Positions 1 through 13,714 are shown, counted from the whole stretch's first letter. The stretch is DNA of 63,432 bases, filler included, from Chiloscyllium plagiosum (GCF_004010195.1; 4 parts of one record of this genome joined end to end with filler, not necessarily neighbours in it), one strand, 5' to 3'. Made by a program: numbers and translations. The notes: generated from the sequence alone by a model not told the origin.

Positions 1-3000
1 GTACAGTGGGAGGTATGTCGGGCCGTGATGGTTGCTGTACATTGGGAGGTATGTCGGGCCGTGTTGGTTACTTTACAGTGGGAGGTATATCGGGCAGTGA
101 TGGTCACTGTACATTGGGAGGTATGTTGGAACGTGATGATTGCTGTACCCTGGGAGGTTTGTCGGGCCGTAAAGGTTACTTTGCTGTGGGAGGTATATCG
201 GGGTACAGTAACCATCACGGCCCGACATACCTCCCACTGTACAGTAACCATCACAGACCGACATACCTCCCACTGTACAGTAACCATTATGGCACGACAT
301 CCCTCCCACTGTACAGTAACCATCATTTTCCGACATACACATACCTCCCACTGTACAGTAACCATCACAGACCGACATACCTCCCACTGTACAGTAACCA
401 TTATGGCACGACATCCCTCCCACTGTACAGTAACCATCATTTTCCGACATACCCCCCACTGTACAGTAACCATCATGGCCTGACATAACTCACACTGTAC
501 AGCAACCATCACGGCGCGACATAACTTCCACTGTACAGTAACCATCACGACCCGACATACCTCCCACTGTACTGTCACCATCACGGCCCGGCATACCTCC
601 CTCTGTACAGTAACCGTCACCACACGTCACACCTCCCAATGTACAGTAACCATCACGGCCCAACATACCTCACACTATACAATAACAATCACACCCTGAC
701 ACAACTACCACTGCACAGTAACCATTATTTGCCGACATCACGGACCGACAAACCTCCCACTGTACAGTTACCATTATTTGACGACATACTTCCCACTGTA
801 CAGTAGCCATCACGGCCCGATATACCTCCCACTGTACAGTAAGCATCACGGCCCGACATCCCTCCCACTGTACAGTAACCGTCACGGACAGGCGTACCTC
901 CCACTGTACAGTAAACATCACGGCCCGACATATCTCCCACTGTACAGTAACCATCATTTTCTGACATACCTCCCACTGTAAAGTAACCATCCCGGCCCGA
1001 CAAACCTCCCACTGTACTGCAACTGTCACGGTCCAACATACCTCCCACTGTACAGTAACCATCACGGCTCGACATACCTCCCAGTGTACAGCAACCATCA
1101 CGGCCCGACATACCTCCCACTGTACAGCAACCACCACGGTCCGACATACCTCCCACTGTACAGTCACCGGCACGATCCAACGTACCTCCCATGTACAGTA
1201 ACCATCATGGTCCGACACATCTCCCACTGTACAGTTACCGTCACGTCCACTGTACAGTAACCATCATGGACCGACATACCTCCCACTGTACAGTACCCGT
1301 CACGATCCGACATACCTCCCACTGTACAGTCACCGTCACGGCCCGACATACCTCCCGCTGTACAGTAACCATCACGGCCCGACATACGTCCCACTGTACA
1401 GTAACCATCACGACCCGACCTACCTCACACTGTACTGAAACCGTCACAGTCCGGCATACCTCCCACTATACAGCAACCGTCACGGCCCGGCACACATCCC
1501 ACTGTACAGTAACCGTCACGGACCTACATACCTCCGACTGTCCAGTAAGCATCATGGCCCGACATACCTCCCAATGTACAGTAACCATCACGGCCCGATA
1601 TACCTCCCACTGTTCAGAAACCATCACGGCCCGACATCCCTCCCACTGTACAGTAACCATCACACCCCGGCATACCTCCCACTGTACAGTAACCATCACT
1701 GCCCGACATACAACCCACTCTACAGTAACCATCATTTTCCGACATACCTCCCACTGTACAGTAACCGTCACGGCAGGACATCCCTCCCACTGTACAGTAA
1801 CCGTCACGATCCGACATACCTCCCACTGTACAGTAACCGTCATGGCCCGACAAACCACCCACTGTACAGTATCCATCATTTTCCGACAAACCTCCCACTG
1901 TACAGTATCCATCTCAGGCTGGCATACCTCCCACTGTACAATAACCATCACGGCCCGACATACCTCCCACTGGACAGTAACCATCATTTTCCGACATACC
2001 TCCCACTTTACAGTAACCATCTCACCCCGATATACCTCCCACAGCAAACTAACCTTTATGGCCCGACAAACCTCCCACTGTACAGCAACCATCACGTTCC
2101 AACATACCTCCCACTGTACAGTATACATCACGGCCAGACATACCTCGCACTGTACAGTAACCAACACGGCCCTACATACCTCCCACTGTACAGTAATCAT
2201 TATGGCCCGGCATATCTCCCATTGTACAGTAACTATTATGGCCCGACATACCTCCCACTGTACAGTAACCATCATTTTCCGACATACCCCCCACTCTACA
2301 GTAACCATCATGGCCTGACACACCTCCCACTGTCCATTAACCATCATGGCCTGACATACCTCTGGTTACTGTACAGTGGGAGGGATGTCGGCAAATGATG
2401 GTTACTGTACATTGGGAGGTATGTCGGGCCGTGATGGTTACTGGACAGTGGGAGTTATGTCGTGCCGAGATGGTTACTGTACAGTGGGAAGTGTGTCAGG
2501 GTGGGATTGTTATTGTACAGAGGGAGATATGTTGGGGCGTGATGGTTACTGTACAGTGGGATGTGTGCCGGGCCGTGACGGTTACTGTACAGTGGGAGGT
2601 ATGTCGGGTCGTGATGGTTACTGCACAGTGGGAGGTAAGTCGCGCCGTGATGGTTACTGTACAGGGTTAGGTATGTCAGGCCATGATGGTTAATGGACAG
2701 TGGGAGGTGTGTCAGGCCATGATGGTTACTGTACAGTGGGGGGTATGTCGGAAAATGATGGTTACTGTGCAATGGGAGGGATGTCGTGCCATAATGGTTA
2801 CTGTACAGTGGGAGGTATTTCGGGCCGGGACGGTTACTTTACAGTGGGAGGTATGTCGGAAAATGATGGTTACTGTACAGTGGGAGATATGTCGGGGGAG
2901 GTATGTCGGTCCGTGATAGTTACTGTACAGTGGGAGGGTTGTCGGGCCGTGATGGTTACTGTACATTGGGAGGTGTGTCAGGGTGTGATGGTTACTGTAA

Positions 3001-6000
3001 AGTGGGAGGTATGTCGGTCCGTGATAGTTACTGTACAGTGGGAGGGTTGTCGGGCCGTGATGGTTACTGTACATTGGGAGGTGTGTCAGTCCGTGATGGT
3101 TACTGTACAGTGGGAGGTATGTCGGTCCGTGATAGTTACTGTACAGTGGGAGGGTTGTCGGGCCGTGATGGTTACTGTACAATGGGAGGTATGTCGGAAA
3201 ATGATGGATACTGTACAGTGGGTGGTTTGTCGGTCAATGACGGTTACTGTACAGTGGGAGGTATGTCGGGCCGTGATGGTTACTGTACATTGGGAGGTGT
3301 GTCAGGGTGTGATGGTTACTGTAAAGTGGGAGGTATGTCGGTCCGTGATTGTTACTGTACAGTGGGAGGTATGTCGGGCCGTGACGGTGACTGTACAGTG
3401 GGAGGTATGTCGGATCGTGACGGGTACTGTACAGTGGGAGGTATGTCGGACCATGATGGTTACTGTACAGTGGACGTGACAGTAACTGTACAGTGGGAGG
3501 TGTGTCGGGCCATGATAGTTACTGTACGCTGGGAGGTACGTTGGATCGTGACGGTGACTGTACAGTGGGAGGTATGTCGGACCGTGACGGTTACTGTACA
3601 TGGGAGGTATTTCAGTCCGAGATGGTTGCTGTACACTGGGAGGTATGTCGGGCAGTGATGGTTACTGTACAGTGAGAGGGATTCGGGCCGTGATGGTTAC
3701 TGTACAGTGGGAGGTATGTTGGACCGTGACAGTTGCAGTACAGTGGGATGTTTGTCGGGCCGGGATGGTTACTTTACAGTGGGAGGTATGTCGGAAAATG
3801 ATGGTTACTGTACAGTGGCAGATAGTTCGGGCCGTGATGGTTACTGTACAGTGGGAGGTACGCCGGTCCGTGACGGTTACTGTACAGTGGGAGGGATGTC
3901 GGGCCGTGATGCTTACTGTACAGTGGGAGGTATATCGGTCGTGATGGTTACTGTACAGTGGGAAGTATGTCGGCAAATAATGGTTACTGTACAGTGGGAG
4001 GTTTGTCGGTCCGTGATGTCGGCAAATAATGGTTACTGTGCAGTGGGAGGTGTGTCAGGGTGTGATTGTTATTGTATAGTGGGAGGTATGCCGGGCCGTG
4101 ATGGTTACAGTACAGTGGGAGGTATGTCGGGTCGTGATGGTTACTGTACAGTGGGAGGTATGTCGTGCCCTGATGGTTACTGTACAGTGTGAGGTATGTC
4201 GCGCCATAATGGTTAATGCACAGTGGGAGGTATGTCGGGCCGTGACGGTTACTGTACAGTGGGAGGTATGCCGGACCGTGATGGTTACAATACAGTGGGA
4301 GGTATGTCGGGTCGTGGTGGTTACTGTACAGTGGGAGGTATGTCGGGACGTATGGTTACCGTACAGTGGGACGTATGTCAGGCCATGATGTTTATTGTAC
4401 ACTGGGAGGTATGTCGGATCATGACGGTTACTGTACAGTGAGAGGGATGTCCGGCCGTGACGGTTACTGTACAGTGGGAGGAATGTCGGGCCGTTATAGT
4501 TACTGTACAGTGGGAGGTATGTCGGTAAATGATGGTTACTGTACAGTGGGAGGTAAGTCGGCAAATGATGGTTACTGCACAGTGGGAGGTATGTCGGTTC
4601 GTGATGGTTACTGTACAGTGGGAGGTGTGCCGGGCCGTGATGGTTACTGTACAGTGGGAGGTAAGTCGGCAAATGATGGTTACTGCACAGTGGGAGGTAT
4701 GTCGGGCCGTGATAGTTACTGTACACTGGGAGGTATGTCGTCAAATGATGGTTACTGTACAGTGGCAGGTATGNNNNNNNNNNNNNNNNNNNNNNNNNNN
4801 NNNNNNNNNNNNNNNNNNNNNNNNNNNNNNNNNNNNNNNNNNNNNNNNNNNNNNNNNNNNNNNNNNNNNNNNNNNNNNNNNNNNNNNNNNNNNNNNNNNN
4901 NNNNNNNNNNNNNNNNNNNNNNNNNNNNNNNNNNNNNNNNNNNNNNNNNNNNNNNNNNNNNNNNNNNNNNNNNNNNNNNNNNNNNNNNNNNNNNNNNNNT
5001 GGGAGGTATGTCGGATCATGACGGTTACTGTACAGTGAGAGGGATGTCCGGCCGTGATGTATGCTGTACAGTGGGAGGTCTGTTGGAACGTGATGGTTAC
5101 TGTACAGTGGAAGGTTTGTCGGGCCGAAAAGGTTACTTTGCTGTGGGAGGTATGTCGGGTTGTGATGGTTACTGTAAAGTGGGAGGTCCGTCGGAAAATG
5201 ATGGTTACTGTACAGTGGCAGGTATGCCGGCCCGTGATGGTTACTGTACAGTGGGAGGTATGTCGGGCCGTGATGGCTACTGTACAGTGGGAGGGATGTC
5301 GGGCCGTGTTGATTACTGTGCAGTGGGAGGTATGTCGGGCCGTGATGGTTACTGTACAGTGGGAGGTATGTCGGGCCGTGATAGTTACTGTACAGTGGGA
5401 GGTATGTCGGTAAATGATGGTTACTGTACAGTGGGAGGTAAGTCGGCAAATGATGGTTACAATACAGTGGGAGGTATGTCGGGACGTGATGGTTACCGTA
5501 CAGTTGGAGGTATGTTGGGCCGTGAAGGTTACTCTACTGTGGGAGGTATGCCGGATCGTGACGGTTACTGTACAGTGAGAGAGATGTCAGGCTGCGATGG
5601 TTACTGTACAGTGGGAGTTATGTCGTACCGTGACGGTTACTGTTCAGTGGGAAGTATGTCGGGCTGTGATGGTTACTGTTCAGTGGGAAGTATGTCGGGC
5701 TGTGATGGTTACTGTACAGTGGGAGGTATGTCGGACCGTGACGGTTACTGTACAGTGGGAGGTATGTTGGGCCGTGATGGTTATTGTACAGTGGGAGGTG
5801 TGCCGGGCCGTGATGGTTACTGTACATTGGCAGGTATGTTGGACCGTGACGGTTACTGTACAGTGGGAGGTATGTCGGGCCGTGATGTTTGCTGTACACT
5901 GGGAGGTATGTCGGGCCGTGTTGGTTACTGTACAGTAGGAGGTATGTCGGGCCGTGATGCTTACTGTACAGTGGGAGGTATGTCAGGCCGTGACGGTTAC

Positions 6001-6160
6001 TGTACAGTGGGAGGTATATCGGTTTGTGATGGTTACTTTACCGTGGGTGGTATGTCGGGGTGTGATGGTTACTGTACAATGGGAGGTATTTCAGGCCGTG
6101 ATGGTTAATGGACAGTGGGAGGTATGTCGGTCCGTGATTGTTGCTGTACTTTAGGAGTTA
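1..6160. repeat. 36-bp minisatellite array (consensus TGTACAGTGGGAGGTATGTCGGGCCGTGATGGTTAC); orientation switches at ~203 and ~2363; gap 4774-4999
   Basis: Unit repeats every 36 nt, giving 12-aa periodic ORFs such as GGMSGRDGYCTV. The G-rich strand is on + at 1-202 and 2363-6160; the C-rich strand is on + at 203-2362. Each unit contains the palindrome ACTGTACAGT. Confidence 0.97.
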
Positions 6161-6508
6161 TGTCGGTCCAGGAAGTTGCGGACTGTATGCATTGTACAGA
6201 ATATGATTCTGCTGCTGCCGATGGGCCATTGTACCTCATGGATGCATCGTGAGTGATTGCTTAAACTGTTCAAATTCTGTACCGTTCATTAAATGTCATG
6301 GTGAGGTGGGTCTGCAAAATGTGAAGTTAGCCCTTGCTCCCCATAAGGACTGTACAGTGAATATTGTTACCGATATATGAAATGGAGGGGTGTATCTGCA
6401 GCAGGCAGATCGGTGATGATGTGGTCAATTATAGGGTTCCCTTTTATTGGTTCCCCACAACCTGCCGCCACCACAGGATCTAGCATCAATGCTGAGCACT
6501 ACCATTAT

Positions 6509-6745
6509 ATTAGATTCCCTACAGTGTTGGAACTGACCCTTCAGCCTAACTAGTCCACACCAACCCTCCGAAGAGCAACGCACGACCATGGCCAATTCAC
6601 CTGAGCTGCATTTCTTGGGACTGTGGGAGGAAACCCACGCAGACATGGGGAGAATGTGCAAATTCCACACAGGCAGTTGCCCAAGGCTGGAATCAAACCT
6701 GGGTCACTGGTGCTGTGAGGCAGCAGTGCTAACCAGAGAACCACA
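6509..6745 (-). mobile_element. HE1-type tRNA-derived V-SINE, internally deleted copy
   Basis: Reverse complement of the head (GGTTAGCACTGCTGCCTCACAGCACCAG...), central domain and tail (CACTGTAGGGAATCTAAT); matches the copy at 7729. Confidence 0.85.
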
Positions 6746-7728
6746 ATGACGCCCTATATTGGCTATATGCGAAGGAGCTGCCCTCTTCTGCCTGGCTGTG
6801 TCCTTTCAGTGGGACAGAACCTGCCAGAGAGGATGCTGATGTTGCCTGGGACATAGTCTTTTTCACATAATCTTTCTTTCCAGACAATATCTGATTGTTG
6901 CTTGATTCGTTTGTGGAAAATATACAATAGGTCACTTTAACATTCTATATAATGAAGAGTTAATATCACTGTATTTCTTACATATTTTAAGATAAACCAA
7001 ACATCATTTTTTTTTTAGTTGAAAGCAATTGAAGTGAGCAATAATTGATTTTCCAGAGTGCACACCTAACTATTAAAGTTCAGTGATTGTAGTAAACAAC
7101 CAATTCATGTTCACTTCAGTGAACACACCATCTTGCAGGCAGCAAAGCTGTTGGAAATGACATTGAGAAAAAATCTACATTCAGACACAGTTTTACTGGC
7201 CCTCACCACGACCTCCAAAACACTGATCATTTCCAAAATCTGTTCAGAGAGCTTCATAACTTGAGCTGGACAGTTACTCACACAATCCATCAGAATAGAC
7301 TGGTTAAAGACATGCCTGAACAACAGGGAGATGTGTGTGGGGCAGACTATCAATGGACTAGCACATGGCGCTGGTCCAGATGAGTTCAAAATTTGTAACA
7401 ATGACCTGTAAATAACCATTTCTTGCAAGTATATCCCTTCTGGTGATGCCACCTCAACTCTGTAATTCTGTATCTTGAACCCAATCCAGAATGAATGCGT
7501 TATTAAGGTAAAGGATTCCAGCAGCACAAAGCATCTTACATTGAATCCCTCATAAACCATATCCATTGTATGTTATCCCCACAATATCAGTATCCAAACG
7601 AATTGTGCAACTCCGTTGATGGCCGGCATCAGCCCAGCCCAACATCCTTGTGTGTGATTTGAGCTGGAAATCTCTGTGTAAATGTTTGCATCATTGTTCA
7701 AAACATTAACAGCAAAGTCTCCATTTGT

Positions 7729-8046
7729 GGGCGGCACGGTGGCACAGTAGTTAGCACTGCTGCCTCACAGCGCCTGAGACCCGGGTTCAATTTCCGCCTC
7801 AGGCGACTGACTGTGTGGAGTTTGCACGTTCTCCCCGTGTCTGCGTGGGTTTCCTCCGGGAGCTCCGGTTTCCTCTCACAGTCCAAAAGATGTGCAGGGT
7901 CAGGTGAATTGGCCATGCTAAATTGCCCGTAGTGTTACGTAAGGGGTAAATGTAGGGGTATGGGTGGGTTTCGCTTCGGCGGGTCGGTGTGGACTTGTTG
8001 GGCCGAAGGGCATGTTTCCACACTGTAATCTAATCTAATCTAATCT
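7729..8046 (+). mobile_element. HE1-type V-SINE, full length
   Basis: GGGCGGCACGGTGGCACAGTAGTTAGC (A box), GGGTTCAATTTCC (B box), central TGTGGAGTTTGCACGTTCTCCCCGTGTCTGCGTGGGTTTCCTCCGG, CR1-like tail ending in (TAATC)n. Confidence 0.93.
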
Positions 8047-8244
8047 TATTACTGAAGGTCCGAAAACCTTTCGCAATACCAACTTTTAGTTTGTCCAATA
8101 AACACAACACCCCCCCCCCCCCTTTATTCAGTTCATTTTTATAACAATGTGATGAAAACAGTGCACAACTCACAGTATGTAGCATTGAAATGATGGATCT
8201 CATTTCCACACCCAAGACAAGTGATTATTAAGTGCAAGGACTTA

Positions 8245-9745
8245 GAAAATAGAACATAGAACAGTACATCACAGAACAGGCCCTTCAGCCAAGATGTTGT
8301 GCCGACCATTGATCCTTAAGTATGCACCCTCACATTTCTGTGACCATATGCATGTCCAGCAGTCTCTTAAATGTCCCCAATGACCTTGCTTCCACAACTG
8401 CTGCTGGCAATGCATTCCATGCTCTCACAACTCTCTGTGTAAAGAACCCACCTCTGACATCCCCTCTATGCTTTCGTCCAACCAGCTTAAAACTATGACC
8501 CCTCGTGTTAGCCATTTCTGCCCTGGGTAATAGCCTTTGGCTTTTGACTCACTCTATGCCTGTCATTATCTTGTATACCTCAATTAGGTCCCCTCTCCTC
8601 CTTCTTTTCTCCAATGAAAAAAGTCCGAGGTCAGTCAACCTCTCTTCATAAGATAAGCCCTCCAGTCCAGGCAGTATCCTGGTAAACCTCCTCTGAACCC
8701 TCTCCAAAGCATCCACATCTTTCCTATAATAGGGCGACCAGAATTGGACGCAATATTCCAAGTGCGGTCTAACTAAAGTCTTATACAGCTGCAACAAGAT
8801 CTCACGACTCTTAAACTCAATACCCCTGTTAATGCAAGCCAAACCACCATATGCTTTCTTAACAACCATGTCCAATTGGGTGGCCATTTTAAGGGATCTA
8901 TGTATCTGCACACCAAGATCCCTCTGTTCCTCCACACTGCCAAGAATCCTATCCTTAATCCTGTACTCAGCTTTCAAATTCGACCTTCCAAAATGCATCA
9001 CCTCGTATTTCTCCAGATTGAACTCCATCTGTCACCTCTCAGCCCATCCCTGTATCCTGACAATGTCCAGCTGCAGCCTGCAACAGCCCTCTATACTGTC
9101 AACGACACTCCAACCTTTGTGTCGTCAGCAAACTTGCTGACCCATCCTTGAATCCCCTCATCCAAGTCATTAATAAAAATTACAAAGAGTAGAGGCCCAA
9201 GGACAGAGCCCTGTGGAACACCACTCACCACAGACTTTCAGGCAGAATATTTCCCTTCCACTACCACTCGCAATCTTCTGCCAATTCTGTAGCCAGACAG
9301 CTAAGTTCCCCAGTGTTCCATTCCTCCTGACCTTCTGAATGAGCCTACCATGGGGAACCTTATCAAATGCCTTGCTGAAATCCATATACACCACATCCGC
9401 AGCTCGATCCTCATCATGACCTGCCCCTCACAAAGCCCTGTTGACTGCATTTAATCAAGTCATGCTCTTCCCGATGGTCATAAATCCTGTCCCTCAGAAT
9501 CCTTTCTAACACCTTGCAGACGACAGAGGTGAGACTTACTGGTCTGTAATTGCCGGAGATCTCCCTATTTCCTTTCTTGAAGAGAGTAATTACATTTGCC
9601 TCTCTCCAGTCCTCAGGTACTACTCCAGTGGAGAGGGAGGATGCAAAGATCTTCACAAGTGGCGAAGCAATCACATTTTTCATTTCCCAAAGCAGCCGAG
9701 GACAAATCTGATCCGGGCCTGGCGACTTGTCAATCTTAATGTTGC
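8245..9745 (-). mobile_element. CR1 LINE, 5'-truncated and decayed (RT and C-terminus, 3' tail)
   Basis: ORF fragments KSPGPDQI, GNYRPVSLTSVVCKVLE, VYMDFSKAFDKVPH, LYKTLVRPHLEYCVQFWSP, FFTQRVVRAWNALP; tail AGAACATAGAACA. Confidence 0.95.
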
Positions 9746-10380
9746 CCTTCAGAAGGTCTGTGTTGACTTGTTGGACCGAAGGGCCTGGTTCCACACTGTA
9801 AACTAAAATGTGCTAAAAAGCAGTGTGTCTGTCATCATTTTAATTCAAACCTCGACACACAAAGCCTCATTTGAAGATCCTTCCAGGATATTGTCCATCC
9901 TTTGAGCAGTAACTGACTTGTTAATTAATAATGCAACACCACCTCATTTTTAAAACCCTGAACCGGCCTGCCTATAGCTCCAGTAGAACAGAGTATTGAG
10001 TTGTTAGCCCTGACCTCCCTCAAATGCGCCTCTGTGATGGTAAAAATGTCACACCTCCACATGTCAACTCATTCTCTTATCACATCTGTCTGATAATACT
10101 CTCAGCATTAATGTAAGCTGGAATATAATACCTGGAATACACTGTACCTCGGAGTTCTTCAGTCATTTCCTGTTTTTTATCAAAGCTGCTCAAACCATGA
10201 ACCACAACTCTAACTCTGGCACTGAATGAATATCTGTGGAATTATAATTTCTTTATTTTTAAAGAAATGTATTCATCAAGTGCAACCTTCCAGAACTGAG
10301 CAGTCAGTTCCAGATACAATGAGTTTCTGATGGTTAATTCCCCCGTCAGTGTGCAGAGGGGACAGCCCTCAGTAATGGAT

Positions 10381-10505
10381 AAAGTGAGGACTGCAGTTGA
10401 TGGAGATCAGAGTCAAAAAGTGTGGTGCTGGAAAAGCACATCAGGTCAGGCAGCATCCGAGGGGCCAGAGAGTCGATGTTTCCTTCATAAACTCTTCATC
10501 AGGAA
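10381..10505 (-). mobile_element. Penelope-terminus-derived short insert with degenerate hammerhead core
   Basis: Minus strand reads CCTGATGAAGAGTTTATGAAGGAAACATCGACTCTC...GGATGCTGCCTGACCTG...TTTTCCAGCACCACAC; homologous to the inserts at 23677 and 60805; stem II is broken. Confidence 0.75.
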
Positions 10506-10654
10506 GGCATTGGTGCATTCCTTTATTTGTTCATTCCATGATTCAGAGAATGTTGTGAACTGTATTCCTCAGGGAGGCTGTCTCCTGCACTGAAATAGAA
10601 AGCAGTCAATCGGTTGGTTGGACAGTGTGTAGAAAAGTTGAAGGGAAGTATACA

Positions 10655-11075
10655 CTGATTGATTGAATTACAAACGTAAGGATAGGTAAATCCCCTGAGC
10701 CTGGTGGGGTTACCCAAGGTTACTCCAGGAAGTGACGGGAGAGATTGATGTGCCTTTGGCGATGATCTTTGTGTCCTCACCGTCCACTGGAGCAGTGCCA
10801 GCCAGATGATTGGAGGGTGACAAATGTTATTCCCTTGTTCAGGAAGGGAATAGGGATAACTCTGGGAATGACCGAACAGTCATTCTTACATCAGTGGTTC
10901 GCAAAGTATTGCAGACGTTTCTGTGAGACCGTATTTACAATTATTTAGAAAATGATAAAGATAAAAGATAGTCAGCATGGCTTTGTGAGGATCAGGTCAT
11001 GCCTCAGAAACCTTACTGAGTTCTTTGAAGATGTAAAAAACACGTTGATGAAGGTAGACCAGTAGATGTGGTGAA
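10655..11075 (+). mobile_element. CR1 ORF2 fragment
   Basis: Degenerate sequence for KSPGP, ANVIPLF, SQHGFV, NLTEFFEDV. Confidence 0.8.
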
Positions 11076-11499
11076 CAATAATTTTCCAAATTTCACTCAG
11101 CTTGTGGATTTTCATCAGTTGGTGAATGTGTGAGGGAGTGAGGTGTGTGAGGGAGTGAGGTGTGTGAGGTCAGGAAGGTGGGGAGGGGCGTTAGACCAAG
11201 ACTTCCAGTTTTGATGTAATTATTACATTCACCTGAGTGTCAGCACAATATGTATGGTTAGCAAGACCAGACAAAATTCACCAAGTTCAGTTATTAAAAT
11301 GATTTTTGGCTTTGCCCTTTGCTCCTGGTTTCTTCAGATACCTTCTGCTGGGTGACCTATGAATTAGTATCTAGAGCACGTACAGGCATGTATAATTTTA
11401 TTCTGAAACTGTTGAATGTGAAGGTACATTTATTGGATATAGTTTCAGAGAGTTCACTGTGAGACACAAAATGCTGCAATAGACTGTCAATTGTGAACG

Positions 11500-11960
11500 T
11501 TTTCACCCAGTGTCTGGTCCAGAGGGCAAATGTATGGAGTCTGGGGGACATGCCAGATGTTAAATAAGTAATTTGTGCGATGTTTTTTCTGGCACTTCAT
11601 GTCCATACATCTGCTCCATGGGCCAGGCTCTGACTGAGTGTGAATTTGAAAGGCATGGTTCCTCGTCAGTCACTGGTATATAATTCAGACAGCATTTATG
11701 CCTACACTGAGAGCAGTGATAGCCTGTTGGCTAGTTTCGTCCTGCTCAAGGTGGATTCCAAATGATTCTCTGTGAGGGAATGTTTGAATGACTGCCCTGA
11801 CCCAGGTTGGAAACTCTCTTCACAGATTCAGGACCAGGCCAGTGTCTCTCTGAGTGCTACATGCAGCTGTGAGGTCCAATAGCACTGTACCCGAATTCAC
11901 CCTTTTGGAGTCCAGTTTTAATGTCGGTCATGATGCAAAGTGATGGGTTTTCTGACCTGC
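11500..11960 (-). mobile_element. Old non-LTR RT relic, Vingi/Ingi-like
   Basis: Hand translation of the minus strand gives GTVLLDLTAACSTQRDTGLVLNL* (cf. GAVFLDLTAAYDTVWHTGL) and MLSELYTSD* (cf. LFNLYTSDL); stops are present. Confidence 0.55.
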
Positions 11961-12404
11961 GCAATAATCAGGAGTTTTCCATGTTTGTGAATTGTGCAAC
12001 AATAAGATATGAGCTACAATTATTCAACTGAACAATAACTGCATCATCTCTGAAGACAATAAAATTGATTCTATGTTGATGGAATTAAAATGTAAACACC
12101 GAACGACCTTTTACTATACAAAAGAAAGGAATGCACATATTGTTTTGTATCGAAAAAGAACATGTTGTCTGACTATGCTGGTGATCACAATTACACATTG
12201 AATCTCAATATTCAAATGCATACATTGTGGGTCTATCATTTGCAAAATGGTTGACATCTGACAGATTGAATATTCAGAGTGAGCATTTGATTGAACAATC
12301 AAATAGAATTATAACATTTAAATATAATCAATCGATTTAATTTCTCACCTGAAATTTGTGAGCTTCAGTTATTTGCAAACAATTCTATTAGTTTTAAAAC
12401 AATG

Positions 12405-13600
12405 ATGGAAAAGGATAGACTAGATCTAAAAGTTGAAGTTCTAAATTGGAGAAAGGCCAATTTTGACGGTAGTAGGCAAGATCTTTCAAAAGCTGATGGC
12501 GGCAAATGATCGCAGGTAAGCAGACGGCTAGAAAATGGGAAGCTTTCAGAAATTAGATAGCCGGAGTCCAGAGACAGTATAATTTTGTTAGGGTAAAAGG
12601 AAAGGCTGGTACGTAGAGAGAGCGCTGAATAACTAAAGGCATTGATGGGCTGGTTAAGAAGAAGAAGGAAGGATATGACAGGTACAGACAGGATAGATTG
12701 AGTGAATCCTTAGAAGAGTATAAAGGCAGGAGGAGTATTCTAAAGAGGGAAATCAGGAAGGCAAAAATGGGACATGGGATAGCTTTGGCAAATAGAGTTA
12801 AGGAGAATCCAAAAGGATATTACAAATACATTGAGAACAAAAGGGTAAACAGGGAGACAAAAGAGCCCTCAAAGATCAGCAAGGCGGCGTTTGTGTTGAG
12901 CCGCAGGAGATGGGAGAGATACTAAACGAGTATTTGTATCAGTGTTTACTCAGGAAAAGGAAATGGGGAATGTAGATATCATGGTGATATCATGATAGAT
13001 GTTGATATCATGAAATATGTCCATTTTACATAGGAAGAGGTGCTGGATGTCTTGAAACGCATGAAGATGCAAAAATCCCGGGGACCTGATCGATGAGGTG
13101 AAACTTGAAAGGGTTCAGAAAAGATTTACGTGCATGTTGCCAAGGTTGGAGGGTTTGAGCTATAGCTTGAGGTTGAACAGGCTGGTGCTATTTTCCCTGG
13201 AACGCTGGATTTTGAGGGGTGACCTTATAGAGGTTTAAATAATCATGAGGGGCATGGATAGGGTAAATAGACAACGTCTTTTCCCTGGGGTGGGGGAGTC
13301 CAGAACTGGAGGGCAGAGGTTTCGGTTAGGAAGGGAAAAATGTTAAAGAGATGTAAGGGGCATTTTTTCACTCAGAGGGTTGTACGTGCGTGGAATGAAC
13401 TGCCAGAGGAAGTGATGGTGGTTAGTACAATTGCAACATTTAGATGGCGTCGGATGGGTATATGAATAGAAAGTGTTTAGAGGGATATGGGCTGAGTGCT
13501 GGCAGGGGCGACTACATTGGGTTGGGATATTTGGTCGGCATGGACAAGTTGGACCGAAGGGTCTGTTTCCATGCTGTGCATCTCTTTGACCCTGTGACTG
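12405..13600 (+). mobile_element. CR1 LINE with internal deletion of the RT core (junction ~13092)
   Basis: LANRVKENPKGYYKYI and KSPGPD coding sequence is joined directly to VKLERVQKRF coding sequence; 3' UTR GGACAAGTTGGACCGAAGGGTCTGTTTCC. Confidence 0.9.
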
Positions 13601-13714
13601 TAATTTAGAAATGCCAATAATTTAACATGCACTATCAAATAAATAACTCGTTTACATTATTAAATTGTAGCATACGATAAGTTGAAAACTTGCTATTTTT
13701 AGAATGAATAATAA

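Noticed and set aside
2620..4700. CACAGTG recombination-signal heptamers in some satellite units
   Set aside because: These are single-base variants of TACAGTG; no nonamer at 12/23 spacing and no V/J segments were seen.
1..6160. Long ORFs (up to 580 aa) and a CRISPR-like 36-nt repeat length
   Set aside because: The ORFs occur in several frames on both strands because of the 36-nt period. There are no unique spacers and no cas genes, and the context is vertebrate.
7111..7566. 151-aa minus-strand ORF as a gene
   Set aside because: No recognisable domain or splice context, and it overlaps a dispersed repeat.
7729..7805. tRNA gene
   Set aside because: The A/B boxes belong to the SINE head, which continues into the SINE body and tail.
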